A stretch of 60,277 nt of DNA from a virus. Taxonomy: Duplodnaviria > Caudoviricetes. The translations under genes and the position numbers were made by a program. Of the stretch, positions 39,501 through 49,303 are shown one piece after another. Each line of letters starts with the position of its first letter. Position 1 is the first letter of the stretch. Under the pieces are notes generated by a model that saw only the letters and a program-made list of their open reading frames with translations, was not told the origin of the DNA and did no database searches. The stretch lies in IMG/VR virus record IMGVR_UViG_3300042154_003205, positions 1 through 60,277 of that record. One strand, 5' to 3'.

Positions 39501-42500
39501 TACCAAAGGTGAAATTGTACGGTACAAAGGTGCTTACTGGTCAGCAGCAGCCATTGTGCAACCCACAGCAGTGTTCAACGCCAACAACTGGTTGGCCAGT
39601 GATTACACTCAAATAGAATTAGGCTTGTTGCCCAACTTGGCCAACAAAGCCAATCAGTTGCAAAACAGTTACAACATCAACAGTGCCAATCTTGAAACAG
39701 ATAATGACTTGTTGAGTTACGGCCTAATTGGATTTCGTCCACGCCAGTACATGGCCAGTTTGAACCTGGACGATGTCAGCCAACTCAATGTGTATCGACA
39801 GTTCTTGGGCAGCAAAGGCACAATCCTCAGTGCTGAATTGTTTTCACAAGCCAATCTGGGCAAAGAATCTGCAGACTATGACATATATGAAAACTGGGCT
39901 GTACAACGTGCAGTATATGGCGCCAATGCCAATCGCAGTTATTTTCAGTTGAGATTGAATCGTGCGTTACTGAGTTCAAATCCAAGTTTGGTACAAATTA
40001 TTGAGCCGCAACAAAGTAGTGTGGCTGATCAAACTGTGTTGGTATCAGATATTTGGAGACAAAGTTACAAGATAACATCACCAGACATATTGCCAGTGAC
40101 CACTGCGGTGCCCACCGACACTGCATTGCCCACCGCAGGCTATGTTAATTTAAATGATGTGGATATCACAGTATTTGATATTAACAACACTGACAGTTTA
40201 GCTGCCAGCATTGACAATATTGGTGTTGGTACCAACATCTGGGTGGCCAAAATCAATGCCTATGACTGGGCCATTTACCGCAGTCAATCAGTGCCAGGTA
40301 TCATTGGTCATGTGTGTGATAATCTTGACGGCACCAGTCGTGTGATATTCAGCAAGCAGCACGGATTAGCAGTCAATGATCGACTGATTATTCGATTTTT
40401 TGATCCTGAAGTCAACGGGGTATACACTGTGTTGTCAGTGCCCAGTCTTGACACAGTTATCATTGCATTCAGCTTCTCCGGCAGTCGTACCATTGTGAAT
40501 GGGACCGGCATTGGATTTACTCTAGAGACTCAACGTGTGGCACAGGCCAGTGACGTACTAAATCTTCCCTATGCCAATACCATTCAACCAGGCGCCCGAG
40601 TCTGGGTGGACGACAACGGTGCTGGATTATGGAGTGTGTTACAAAAAGAAGAAGTATTTACCGAACTGTTGAGTCTGAGTCCTGTAGAAGTTGACGAAGG
40701 CGAACAATACGGCAGTGCTGTAACACAAGCGCAAAATAGATATGCTGCCTTGGTAGGCAGCCCAAGATATCGTTTGCCTGCTGGTGCCACCGAATGGAGC
40801 ATTTTTAATACATATGCTGTAAATTCTATTGTATATGTGGTAGATCCATATCAAACAGAATTTTTTCAATGTATTCTTGCAGTCGACAACGATGGATCTA
40901 CATTAATAGACATCTACAACACCACGTACTGGACACCTTACTCGCTGAATTCATTGCCGCGTCGCGGTGGCGTGTATGTTTATGTCAAAAGTGACAGTGA
41001 TGTGTATGCCCCAATATCAGCCTTGGCTCCTAATGATGCTGTGTTGAGCCTAACAATTACTGATCCAGTCAGTGGCCAATATGCAGCCCGTGAATACGGT
41101 GCCTCAGTGGACTTTGGCAATCAAACCTGGGCAGCAGCAGGTGCTCCGGGCAGTCTTGGTGCTGGCGGTCTTGGTACACCTGACAATGGTTATGCAGTAG
41201 TGATTTATCGAGATCCACAGTTGGCTGCACCAGGAAACATTCCCTACGGACAATGGCAGTTGTTGACCACACCAGGTTCACTGTTTGCCGCTGAAGAATT
41301 TGGTCACAGTGTGGCTGTAAGCCAAGACGAACGTTGGTTGTATGTGGGTGCGCCCGGTGCCAACGCTGTGTACGCTTATGGTCGAGTGGATTGGTCGCGA
41401 CAAATTTTGCAAGCGTTTGGAAATGGAACCACAACTGACTTTTACATTGGTGACATCATTCAAATTGATGCCAACACCCAACTCACAGTCAGCGTGGACG
41501 GTGATGAACAAATACTGGGCACTAACTACACTGTGGTCAATGGGTTGACCACAGTGAAATTTAACACAGCACCTGCCGAAGGTGATGCTGTTGAAATTTT
41601 TAGAACCAGCCGTGTCATATTAGATTATCAGATCTATAGAAATTTATCTGGTACTGGTGGTTCAGGATCAGGCGTTAAATTTGATGTTACTAGAAAACGC
41701 GGAACTGTTCAAGTGTACGTGGTTGATGGAGGGTTGGGCTATACCGCCGGCGATGATATAACTATTCCTGCAGCCAGTTTTGGTGGCGGTACAAGTCCTG
41801 CCAATGACATTACACTAACTGATGTCACTGTATCAGTTGGCGGTGTGATTACAACCTGGGACGGATCTCCCATTTATACTCCACCCACTCTAACCACACA
41901 ATTTAGTTTGAATGAATACTTGTACACTGTAAACAACATTTACAGTTTCTCAGTGCTGGTTGACAATGTGTTACAACGTCCTGAAATTGACTACACGTTC
42001 AGTGGAGACAGCACACTGGGCAATGACATTAATTTTATAAACTCACCAGCTGCTGGTTCCACAATTTTCATCCGCGCTGAAGGTTATTTTGAATACGCAG
42101 GCACCATTACCAATCCAGCCAGTGTGACTGGAGACAGATTTGGCCACAGCGTCAGCACCAGCACAGATGGTAGGCAAGTGCTGATTGGTGCTGCCAATGC
42201 ATTGTACACTGATCCAGAAACCAGTGACACATATTCACAAGCAGGTGGTGTGTATGTGTATGACAGAAATGTACAAAGATTCATATATGGCACAGATGGA
42301 AGCACAACACAGTTCACAGTGTTGGGCACAGTCACAGCACCAGTGAGTGTACTGGTCAATGACACATTCTTGGTCAATGAAGCAGACGCTGCACCAGATG
42401 CTGCCAACGCATTCACAGTAAATGGCAACATCATCAACATCAGCAATGCTAATTTGGTAGTTGGTGACATTGTCGAAATTGAAACCAACGAATTCCAATT

Positions 42501-45500
42501 GGTACAAACCATAAATCAAAATTCAGTTGAAGCGTTTTCAAACTATGGCTATGCCACTGACCTGTGCAGTTACAATTGCAGTTTGTATGTGGGTGTGCCC
42601 AACAGCAGTGCTCAACAACTCAAAGCAGGTGTGGTAGAACGTCGCATCAATCAAAGTCGTGCCTATGGCATTATAACGTCGCTCACAGCCAATACAAGTT
42701 TAACCAGCGGCAACACACTGCGTGTGAACAATCAAGATGTTGTGGTTCCGTCGGCCTGGAGCAGTGCTTCAAACTATGCTGTAAACACAGTTGTTTACAA
42801 CACAGTCACTCCAACCACTACAATTTATAAAAGTTTACAAAGTGTTCCAGCCAGCACAGCATTGACCAACACAGCGTACTGGCAGTCAATTACCACAACC
42901 ACAGTTGCAGCCAGTGCCAAAGTTCGTGCCTTGGCAGCGCAGATCAACATTGACGTGCCCAATGTCAATGCCACTGTGAGCACCACAGGCTATTTGACCT
43001 TGGCGGTTAAAAATTCAGCAGCAGCGGCCATTGGCGACAAACTGCAAGTTGCGCCGGGAACTATTGGTACTGCATTTGATGATCTTGGTTTTGAAACATT
43101 TGTGTTTACACAGACCATTGTGAGCCCTTATCCTGCAGACTTTGCTGGCTTTGGCACCAGTGTCAGCATTGACGATTCAGCTGTGAATCTAGTGGTTGGT
43201 GCCCCACGTGGAACCTTGTATTTGATCACAATATTTGATCTGAATGCCACAGACTTTGACGAAGGCGCCACGGACTTTTTTGACCAAGTGATTCAAAGTG
43301 GTGCAGTGTACACATATGATTTGTTGAACAGTGCCAATGGCAGTGTGACCAACCCAGACAAATTTGTGTTTGGACAACAGATTGACAATCCAGATGTGGC
43401 ATCTTATGATCAGTACGGCACTGCGGTGAACTACACCGATGGCGTGTTGTTCACCGGTGCTCCGGGCAATGAACTAGAAGACAGCACCCTGGGAGCCAAT
43501 TATGGTCGAGTATTTGTCAGCGTCAATCCTGATCGTGTGCCAGCTTGGACTGTGTTGCAAGTACAACAACCAGTGGTAGACATTAGATTGTTAAACTCAG
43601 TTTACAGTTATGATCAAGTGACATCGGCTGTGACTCAATACTATGATTTTTTCAACCCATTGCAAGGCAAAATTCTTGGAGCCGCACGTCAAAACTTGGA
43701 TTATATTGGTGCACTGGATCCTGCTAGTTACAATGTAGGCCCTACAAATATTCGTGGAACTACCTGGGGGTCTGCACATGTAGGCGAAACATGGTGGGAT
43801 ACCAGCACAGTGAGATTTATTGATCCCAATCAAGATGATTTGGTCTACGCCAGCCGTCGTTGGGGACAAATTTTCCCCGGCAGCACTGTGGATGTGTATC
43901 AATGGATAGTTAGCACAACACCTCCTGCCACTTACACAGGTCCAGGCATACCACTGACCACACTGAGTTATGTAGTCAACACAGTGTTGAATCCACAAGG
44001 AATTTTCAACACAGAATATTATTTTTGGGTCAGTGGGCTGACCTCTACTGCCACACAAAAGGGCAAGACACTGCCGGTGAGCACTGTGGCCAACTATATT
44101 GAAAATCCCAGAGCATCAGGTATCACTTACATTGCTCCCATCAATGCCAGTACTATTGCACTGTACAATGCAACAGATTTTATTGATGCTGAGGACACTA
44201 TTATCAGCATTGAGTTTGATCGAGAATTCACGAATGACAATGTTCACGTAGAATACGAATTGATTGCACAAGGTCGTGCAGATGCCTGGCTCAGCAACGG
44301 ATTGTATCGCAAATTGCAAGACAGTTTCTGTGGAGTTGACACTGCTGGTAATCTTGTGCCAGATGTAAATCTTGGACCAGCAGAACGTTACGGTGTACAA
44401 TTCCGTCCAAGACAAAGCATGTTTGTCAACAGATTTGCTGCTCTTAGAAACTATCTTGTTCGTGCCAACACAGTGTTAGCACAGTTTCCAATATCTGAGA
44501 ACCGTACATTTGTGCTGTTGAACAGTCGTGACCCGGAACTTTCTGCAATCAGCACAGTCAACGGAGTCACAACAACCAATTGGAACAAACGAGTAGCCAA
44601 CCTGGAAATTTTAAGTTTCCAGAACATAGCCCCAGACAAAGTACCATTGGGATACAAATACCTAGTGGCTACAGATTCTCGAAATCGTGGATTGTGGACC
44701 ATATATCAAGTGGTGGAAACTACTACCACAGCTGGAGTAATTAGAGAATTACAACTGGTGCGTGTGCAAAACTATGACACACGTCAATATTGGAATTACA
44801 TCAATTGGTACCTGCCCGGATACAACACCAGTTCCAAAATCATCGCTGAAGTACCCAATTACTCTGCACTGTTAACATTGGATGTTGTGCCTGGCAGTAG
44901 TGTGAAAGTCACGGCCAATGGACAAGGCAAATGGGAAATTTATTTGCGCAACACTACTGGTTGGAGTCGTGTGGGATTGCAGGATGGTACAATTGAATTC
45001 TCGGCAGAACTGTGGGACTATCAATTGGGACGTTTTGGATTTGACGTTGAAGTGTTTGATGCACAATATTTTGACCAAGAGCCTGTGATTGAAACACGCA
45101 AAATCATTCAAGCCATCAATGAAGAACTGTTTATAGATGACTTGTTGATTGAAAGAAATCGTTCATTGACCTTGATGTTTGACTTTGTTCTCAGCGAATT
45201 TGCTGCACCAGAATGGTTGGTTAAAACTTCACTGATTGATGTTGAGCACAGAATTCGTGCGCTGTTGCCCTTCCAAAATTACATCAGAGACAATCAAGAA
45301 TTTGTATTGGATTATATTCAAGAAGTCAAACCATATCATGTGCAAATTCGTGAATTCAATCTGCGCTACAGCGGTTTTAACGAATGGGGCGGTGATGTTG
45401 CTGACTTTGATCTGCCTGCATACTACGACACCAGTACTGATATACCGCAATTTACTAGCCCAATACTGTTGCCCTATGATCATGGTACAGCATTCAATTC

Positions 45501-48500
45501 ACAAACCAATAATCTCAGTGACGTGCCGGCTGATTCCACAGTGTGGAGCAGTTGGCCATACAGCCAATGGTACAACAATTATTTGTTGAGTCTAGACAGT
45601 GTTGCTCTGATCACTGCTGGATCTGGATACACTGAACCCCCATTGGTGATAATCACTGCCAACCCCAATGATCCTGCGCCCGCCGAAGCAGCCGAGGCCA
45701 CTGCAATATTGAACAGTCAAGGTCAAGTTGCGTTTATCAATGTTACCAATCCAGGTACCGGATACAGATCTACTCCTACCATAACATTTCAAGGTGGAGG
45801 TGGTATTGGCTCTGGCGCTACTGCATACCCAAGAATGACCAATGATGTGGTACGTCAATTCCGCACAGTGATACGTTATGACCGTTTCCAGTACCAAACC
45901 ACTGTGCAGACCTGGAACAGCAATGGCACCTATGAATCAGGCACCCTGGTGCGTTACCTTGATCGAGTATGGTCAGCCACTCCTGCAGACAGCAGTGCTG
46001 TTGTTGGGCCCACATTTGATTTAGAAAACTGGACCGAAGTTGACCCAGCAACTTATACATATCCTGGCGTTGCTTATCCCACTGGGTTGACTGGTGTTGA
46101 CCGTACCATGGGCTTGTACGTGCCAGGTGTAAACCAACCAGGCTTAGAATTGCCTTTGTTGGTAGACGGCGTAGATTATCCTGGAGTTCAAGTCTGGGGT
46201 GACTATTTTGCTGGAACACAAACTTTGGACGCTGATTATCAAAGTGAATTTGCTGACATCTATCTCGGCGAACGTTTTTCAGATATCAATGTCAATGGTG
46301 GAGAATTTGTTGGTCCTTATGAAGGACATGCCCCTGAAGAATTGATCAATAGTGCTGAATACGACACCATGGATCTGCGGGTGTACACACGCCCAGGATC
46401 TGACTGGCAAAACAATGGGCACGGTTTTCAAATTGGAACTCAACGTTATGAATACGACCCCGTGATCACCAGCACCTTTAGTTGGGCTGACATTGTTGAT
46501 CACCCATTCAAAATCATTGTGTCAAATTTGACCACTGGACTGGTATTAAATCAAGACATTGACTACACCGTGAACTGGTCAGAGCAGACCATTACCATAC
46601 TGGCCAATGTGGTCTCCAATGACATTATCAACATTGATGTGTATGAAATTGGTGGTGGTAGCCAACTGTATCGAGCAAATTACATTGGGTCCGAAATTGC
46701 CTCTACTGCGGTAATTGTGCCGGTAAATTATGCCCAGTTGGTTGAGGCAGCGGTGTTTATCAATGGCAATTTGGTCAGTAACCCAGTTGACCTAGAACCT
46801 TACACTGACAGCATTGTGTACAACAATAATTTCACTTATCAAAGTCTTGCTATTGTATACAATGACAATGAAATCACCATTACCAACACCAATGGTACAT
46901 CAAACTCAATCACTTGTAACAATACTACCACACTGACCGTGGGCCAGCCTATAGTGTTTGTTGGCACGGATTTTGGTGGTATTGTAGCTGGACAAACATA
47001 CTATGTTCAAAACATCATCAGTGGGGCTCAATTTGCCATTAGTTCTGTGGCAGGTGCCACCACACCGGATGTGTTGATCACTGCATCCGGTACAATGACT
47101 GGTCAACCCCAGGGCGCATACTATCGTGCTATACAAACTGTACCTCCAGGAATTGCATTATCTGATACTGCATATTGGTTGCCATTTGTGCCGTCATTGC
47201 GTACTAAAGTCACTATCAATGATGGATTTTCTGTCAACGATGGCATAGCAATTTTGGTGCTAGGCGATGCCACAAGTATTCCGGTCACAGATACTCAACA
47301 ATCCGGCAATGCCATTGTGTTGCTGGGATCACTGTCATCTTTAAGTGTGGGGCAGACTGTTACTTTTTCAGGATATAATCTGGGCGGTGTTGAGACCAAT
47401 GTTGAATATAAAATCCTAACCATTGTTGATGATTCAATAAACGCCATTACCATAACACAAGATGGTGTTACTGAGGTGTCGCTGATTGACGATCAAGCCA
47501 CATGGACTGGTGAACTCACTGCCAAATTTACCCCTACAGACTATCAGTCCTGGAGCACGCCAGTGGTTGAAAAATTTGTAGTGGATGGGTTTATTCAAAC
47601 TAATGGAGAAGTCACACTACAACAAGTGCCCACAGGAACTAATCCTGCCAACATGGTGGTCAATGTCAATGGTATTAGAATAGTGGGGCCAAGTTGTATA
47701 GAGTGGATTGGGGACGGAACCACTAACAGTTTTGGACTACCGCAACGCATGGGCACCAGTTTTTTGCAAAGCAGTATTGATGCTGTGAACGATATTCAAG
47801 TTTATGTAAATGGTGTTTTACAAAAACAATCATTTGGTGCTGAAGATGGCGTGTACAGTGTCACAAACTGGGATGGCAGCAATACTCCAGGTCGACAAGT
47901 TGTGTTTGAAAACACCCCCCAAAGTGGAGATACAATATTGATTGCTGTATCAACTTTAGCCTGGTGCTTGTTTGCCTATAACCCATCAACACCGGCATTC
48001 ACTGCTGAATTACAAATTGTATCACTGCTGAACATAGGTGATGTTATAGAAGTAATAACTTGGAATGATACCGCACAGCAAAACATTGCAACACTGACCT
48101 TCCAAGGTCCAATACAAACTGGATTGACCATAACAGAACCTTATGACACCACTGACTACGACAGCCCCACATTGAACGATCCGCTACAGCCATTGCCTGG
48201 AGAATTTGACGCAGAAACTGGTGTATCAATTCCCACCAATGATTTTGACTTGTTGCGTGACGACATTGATGGTAACCGATTGTGGGTGACCTTGGACGGT
48301 TTGAGAATTTTTGAAGGAAGCGACTACACTATTCAAGGTCAGTATTTGATTTTGGCCAGTGGAGTAATTGGGGCTGGACAACAATTGGTAGTCACAGAAT
48401 TTACCAACAGCGTAGTGCCCGAAGCAGTCACATTCCGTATATTCCAAGACATGCGTGGTGTACAAGCCACTTACAGAATGACCGCAGCCACAACCACTGC

Positions 48501-49131
48501 TCTGGCACAAGATCTGGCAGCCACTGCTGACATTATCTATGTTGTTGATGCTAGTGCATTGTCTGAACCCAACTTGCCAGCAGGATATTTTGGATTGATC
48601 ACCATTGGTGGTGAGCGAATAATGTACAGAAATCGTGACATTGTGGCCAACACTGTGTCAGGACTGCAACGTGGCACCGCTGGCACAGGCGCTGCTGCAC
48701 ACAGTATGGATGATCCAGTGTACGATATTGGCCGTGGCAACTTGCTGAATGAAAGTTATCAAGACTATGTGATCAAAGACAGCAGCCTGGGCGATGGCAC
48801 CACCACAGTGTTCTATGCACCCAACATTGATGTCAGCGATTTTGGTGACAGCAGTACCATTTATGTAGAAAGCATTGAAGTTTATGTTGGCGGAACACGT
48901 CAATACAATGTGAACCAAACTGATGCTGAATCCCAATACAGATATTTTGTAACTGATTTTGGACCACTGGCCATTGAATTTGATGGACTGGCACCAGCTG
49001 CCGGCAGCGAAGTCACAATACTGCAACGTCGTGGTGTGACCTGGTATGCACCCGGTTTTGGCACCCCCAGTGATGGCGTAGCACTACAAGAAACCAACAC
49101 AACAGCCGCAAGGTTTTTGTGCGACAGATAA
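33595..49131 (+). CDS. Giant (5178 aa) multidomain baseplate/receptor-binding structural protein (gp7-like position)
   Basis: Single uninterrupted ORF after gp6, with FG-GAP-like blades, W...Y..G..V.Y CBM-like repeats and EVKPYH...R; TAATG overlap with gp6. Confidence 0.75.
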   Translation: MARTRSVDFLPQIFQTPVNKQFLAATLDQMVQEPKFKKTQGFIGRTVGPGVNPNDRYVVELDKTRQDYQLEPGVVSLEPDTDKIKNVITYPGINDAIGFQGGDQNRPDQLYNSEYYVWDPFVDYDSFVNFSQYYWIPEGPQAVDVAAAGLPTSANFAVTRENGVYTFSGLSGDNPVVNLVRGGNYTFQVAQNTKETVNYRVTNNGITSYVIDQQSNPTLTLARGNTYVFNITLNGVYPFWIKTAQTLGTGNAYNTGVLRNGSSFGLVTFTVPQDAPDTLFYVSENQINLRGTINIIDGTPGTGPGFWIQTSPGIAGVVPSTPNISSRDVSGVTNNGDDLGIVTFNVPQKTSQQFYYDLVDVGPIDLLTTLQFDQINNQPLQQFIATYGGIDGITYLETRTLVFTNPILDAEDGGWLQTTLFDPLPRSDAFNGQIGSYDSELFDQATVVPLADRYQVWQINIVNEEGVDYINLTKIANIASNQKFTISYGSTFSNTSWYKNAAGYFQQIPLLTAAFDQLYYQDGTDPEIFGRILLLDPVESNTTFIDQILGQKNYVSPAGITFTNGLKVRFTGDVVPASYGSGTLSVECSATTAGSNYFTCESTAGLYEGEQIIFPVTSNGVVDGQIYYIKSIAANGIQFSISTVADGATVTLSTDVYQHTATAISNNEYYVAGVGTAIELLPVRNFITPETYVEDANDSTIASEPDQPDYLTIDRASQDLNPWTRSNRWFHVDVLLATADYNNVVAVLDNNYRAKRPIISFRPDIRLYNMGTEGKQPVEIIDFSETDAFSNIEGSTGYTADGYTLVDGSRVIFAADEDPNVRNKIYVVQFITPDTVPPLIVQPIIHLVLAEDGEVLTDQSTVCLAGNTYPGVTFWYDGVEWIEAQQKTGVQQAPLFNVYDLDGVSFGDRAKYPSSTFTGSKLFSYAVGDTTILDPILQFPLQYLNINNVGDIVFENNLYKDTFLYVQDNVSSTLDISSGAAREYASRTAFAKLIGWQTAAATSQQYQQFKFTYTGQTLKLDVAVGTTTVLPPVKIYVGSQFLKSDQFSYVVSSNSTTITLNETYFPTDVIEVLVLSDQPSSVGFYQVPVNLQNNPLNGNSPSFTLGTIRTQYESICENLSQLSGPISGANNSRDLGNIVPYGEIILQQSSPLTLAGYFLRSEQFNIFASLQYNSNEYLKFKGQMLNAVVNSVVQPTDTTSDVLDAAIETITQGRVETQPFYWSDMIPSGAVYQPTTYTVSNTTTNTFDIIQVYNYTSANYLGMNVYLNNVILTRDLDYVVATDGPRITVLVDLTLGDVLLLQEYTETYGSFVPNTPTKMGLYPAWRPEIVVQKTSAGTQSVIVGHDGSITPTFGDIRDDVLLEFETRIFNNLKLDGNPVPIELSDVIPGQFRSTGYSESDINNILATDFLSYVAWNKLDYKAQDYSANNEFSWNYSGSQSRLDNDPLPGAWRGIYRYYYDTQQPELTPWEMLGLTIKPDWWDTVYGAGPYTQDNLVLWDDLAAGFVADPGDPHFEPAYARPDLTAVIPTGDEGALLSPFDAVVGTYNDQTFRKSWVVGDGGPVEASWWNSSAYPFSAMRLLALTRPAKFFALFADRDLYKFNTELNQYLYNNRYRLNARDIEVYGNGVSKASYINWIVDYNRQSGLDSTADLMADLDFLDVRLCYRMASFSDKQYIKIYTEKSSPNSTNTTLLIPDESYDLVLYKNQPFDRASYSSVVVQKVTGGYAVFGYSTTQPYFNVLQSQFVGQLQTYTVAGITVQVPTFYTDVVQQVPYGFIFANETAVSAFLLSYGKYLEQQGLIFDDLDNGYILNWSQMVTEFLYWSQQGWDENALINLNPLAFRLQISRPQAVVDSIAAQTNENILLDQNRTELPTRNLIITRLDNTFTVEPATDQTLSYIDLKYTSYEHMVVLNNASVFGDLIYQPITGARQSRLTLIAANTTEWNGNVDAQGFVLNQDNVQEWNSFTTYTKGEIVRYKGAYWSAAAIVQPTAVFNANNWLASDYTQIELGLLPNLANKANQLQNSYNINSANLETDNDLLSYGLIGFRPRQYMASLNLDDVSQLNVYRQFLGSKGTILSAELFSQANLGKESADYDIYENWAVQRAVYGANANRSYFQLRLNRALLSSNPSLVQIIEPQQSSVADQTVLVSDIWRQSYKITSPDILPVTTAVPTDTALPTAGYVNLNDVDITVFDINNTDSLAASIDNIGVGTNIWVAKINAYDWAIYRSQSVPGIIGHVCDNLDGTSRVIFSKQHGLAVNDRLIIRFFDPEVNGVYTVLSVPSLDTVIIAFSFSGSRTIVNGTGIGFTLETQRVAQASDVLNLPYANTIQPGARVWVDDNGAGLWSVLQKEEVFTELLSLSPVEVDEGEQYGSAVTQAQNRYAALVGSPRYRLPAGATEWSIFNTYAVNSIVYVVDPYQTEFFQCILAVDNDGSTLIDIYNTTYWTPYSLNSLPRRGGVYVYVKSDSDVYAPISALAPNDAVLSLTITDPVSGQYAAREYGASVDFGNQTWAAAGAPGSLGAGGLGTPDNGYAVVIYRDPQLAAPGNIPYGQWQLLTTPGSLFAAEEFGHSVAVSQDERWLYVGAPGANAVYAYGRVDWSRQILQAFGNGTTTDFYIGDIIQIDANTQLTVSVDGDEQILGTNYTVVNGLTTVKFNTAPAEGDAVEIFRTSRVILDYQIYRNLSGTGGSGSGVKFDVTRKRGTVQVYVVDGGLGYTAGDDITIPAASFGGGTSPANDITLTDVTVSVGGVITTWDGSPIYTPPTLTTQFSLNEYLYTVNNIYSFSVLVDNVLQRPEIDYTFSGDSTLGNDINFINSPAAGSTIFIRAEGYFEYAGTITNPASVTGDRFGHSVSTSTDGRQVLIGAANALYTDPETSDTYSQAGGVYVYDRNVQRFIYGTDGSTTQFTVLGTVTAPVSVLVNDTFLVNEADAAPDAANAFTVNGNIINISNANLVVGDIVEIETNEFQLVQTINQNSVEAFSNYGYATDLCSYNCSLYVGVPNSSAQQLKAGVVERRINQSRAYGIITSLTANTSLTSGNTLRVNNQDVVVPSAWSSASNYAVNTVVYNTVTPTTTIYKSLQSVPASTALTNTAYWQSITTTTVAASAKVRALAAQINIDVPNVNATVSTTGYLTLAVKNSAAAAIGDKLQVAPGTIGTAFDDLGFETFVFTQTIVSPYPADFAGFGTSVSIDDSAVNLVVGAPRGTLYLITIFDLNATDFDEGATDFFDQVIQSGAVYTYDLLNSANGSVTNPDKFVFGQQIDNPDVASYDQYGTAVNYTDGVLFTGAPGNELEDSTLGANYGRVFVSVNPDRVPAWTVLQVQQPVVDIRLLNSVYSYDQVTSAVTQYYDFFNPLQGKILGAARQNLDYIGALDPASYNVGPTNIRGTTWGSAHVGETWWDTSTVRFIDPNQDDLVYASRRWGQIFPGSTVDVYQWIVSTTPPATYTGPGIPLTTLSYVVNTVLNPQGIFNTEYYFWVSGLTSTATQKGKTLPVSTVANYIENPRASGITYIAPINASTIALYNATDFIDAEDTIISIEFDREFTNDNVHVEYELIAQGRADAWLSNGLYRKLQDSFCGVDTAGNLVPDVNLGPAERYGVQFRPRQSMFVNRFAALRNYLVRANTVLAQFPISENRTFVLLNSRDPELSAISTVNGVTTTNWNKRVANLEILSFQNIAPDKVPLGYKYLVATDSRNRGLWTIYQVVETTTTAGVIRELQLVRVQNYDTRQYWNYINWYLPGYNTSSKIIAEVPNYSALLTLDVVPGSSVKVTANGQGKWEIYLRNTTGWSRVGLQDGTIEFSAELWDYQLGRFGFDVEVFDAQYFDQEPVIETRKIIQAINEELFIDDLLIERNRSLTLMFDFVLSEFAAPEWLVKTSLIDVEHRIRALLPFQNYIRDNQEFVLDYIQEVKPYHVQIREFNLRYSGFNEWGGDVADFDLPAYYDTSTDIPQFTSPILLPYDHGTAFNSQTNNLSDVPADSTVWSSWPYSQWYNNYLLSLDSVALITAGSGYTEPPLVIITANPNDPAPAEAAEATAILNSQGQVAFINVTNPGTGYRSTPTITFQGGGGIGSGATAYPRMTNDVVRQFRTVIRYDRFQYQTTVQTWNSNGTYESGTLVRYLDRVWSATPADSSAVVGPTFDLENWTEVDPATYTYPGVAYPTGLTGVDRTMGLYVPGVNQPGLELPLLVDGVDYPGVQVWGDYFAGTQTLDADYQSEFADIYLGERFSDINVNGGEFVGPYEGHAPEELINSAEYDTMDLRVYTRPGSDWQNNGHGFQIGTQRYEYDPVITSTFSWADIVDHPFKIIVSNLTTGLVLNQDIDYTVNWSEQTITILANVVSNDIINIDVYEIGGGSQLYRANYIGSEIASTAVIVPVNYAQLVEAAVFINGNLVSNPVDLEPYTDSIVYNNNFTYQSLAIVYNDNEITITNTNGTSNSITCNNTTTLTVGQPIVFVGTDFGGIVAGQTYYVQNIISGAQFAISSVAGATTPDVLITASGTMTGQPQGAYYRAIQTVPPGIALSDTAYWLPFVPSLRTKVTINDGFSVNDGIAILVLGDATSIPVTDTQQSGNAIVLLGSLSSLSVGQTVTFSGYNLGGVETNVEYKILTIVDDSINAITITQDGVTEVSLIDDQATWTGELTAKFTPTDYQSWSTPVVEKFVVDGFIQTNGEVTLQQVPTGTNPANMVVNVNGIRIVGPSCIEWIGDGTTNSFGLPQRMGTSFLQSSIDAVNDIQVYVNGVLQKQSFGAEDGVYSVTNWDGSNTPGRQVVFENTPQSGDTILIAVSTLAWCLFAYNPSTPAFTAELQIVSLLNIGDVIEVITWNDTAQQNIATLTFQGPIQTGLTITEPYDTTDYDSPTLNDPLQPLPGEFDAETGVSIPTNDFDLLRDDIDGNRLWVTLDGLRIFEGSDYTIQGQYLILASGVIGAGQQLVVTEFTNSVVPEAVTFRIFQDMRGVQATYRMTAATTTALAQDLAATADIIYVVDASALSEPNLPAGYFGLITIGGERIMYRNRDIVANTVSGLQRGTAGTGAAAHSMDDPVYDIGRGNLLNESYQDYVIKDSSLGDGTTTVFYAPNIDVSDFGDSSTIYVESIEVYVGGTRQYNVNQTDAESQYRYFVTDFGPLAIEFDGLAPAAGSEVTILQRRGVTWYAPGFGTPSDGVALQETNTTAARFLCDR

Positions 49132-49136
49132 CACGG

Positions 49137-49143
49137 ATAAATA
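49137..49143 (+). promoter_or_regulatory. Late promoter (ATAAATA)
   Basis: 7 nt upstream of the ATG at 49151. Confidence 0.55.
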
Positions 49144-49150
49144 AAAGACC

Positions 49151-49303
49151 ATGTCAAACACAGCACCAAAACAGGCAACTGAAGCACAAAAAACTGCACC
49201 ACAGTCACGACGCCCTAACGAGACCGGCACAATCAGTGTGCAAGCACACATGAGGATTTTTGATCCAAAAACCCAAAAAACTTATGTGGAGGGAAGAGCA
49301 TGA
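49151..49303 (+). CDS. 50-aa small virion-module protein MSNTAPK...RIFDPKTQKTYVEGRA
   Basis: Has its own late box and an ATGA overlap with the next gene; C-terminal half resembles the next gene's N-terminus. Not in the ORF track. Confidence 0.65.
   Translation: MSNTAPKQATEAQKTAPQSRRPNETGTISVQAHMRIFDPKTQKTYVEGRA

Noticed and set aside
33610-49026. Many 60-160 aa antisense and alternate-frame ORFs inside structural genes
   Set aside because: They are shadows of codon bias in long genes, with no RBS, promoter or recognisable motifs.
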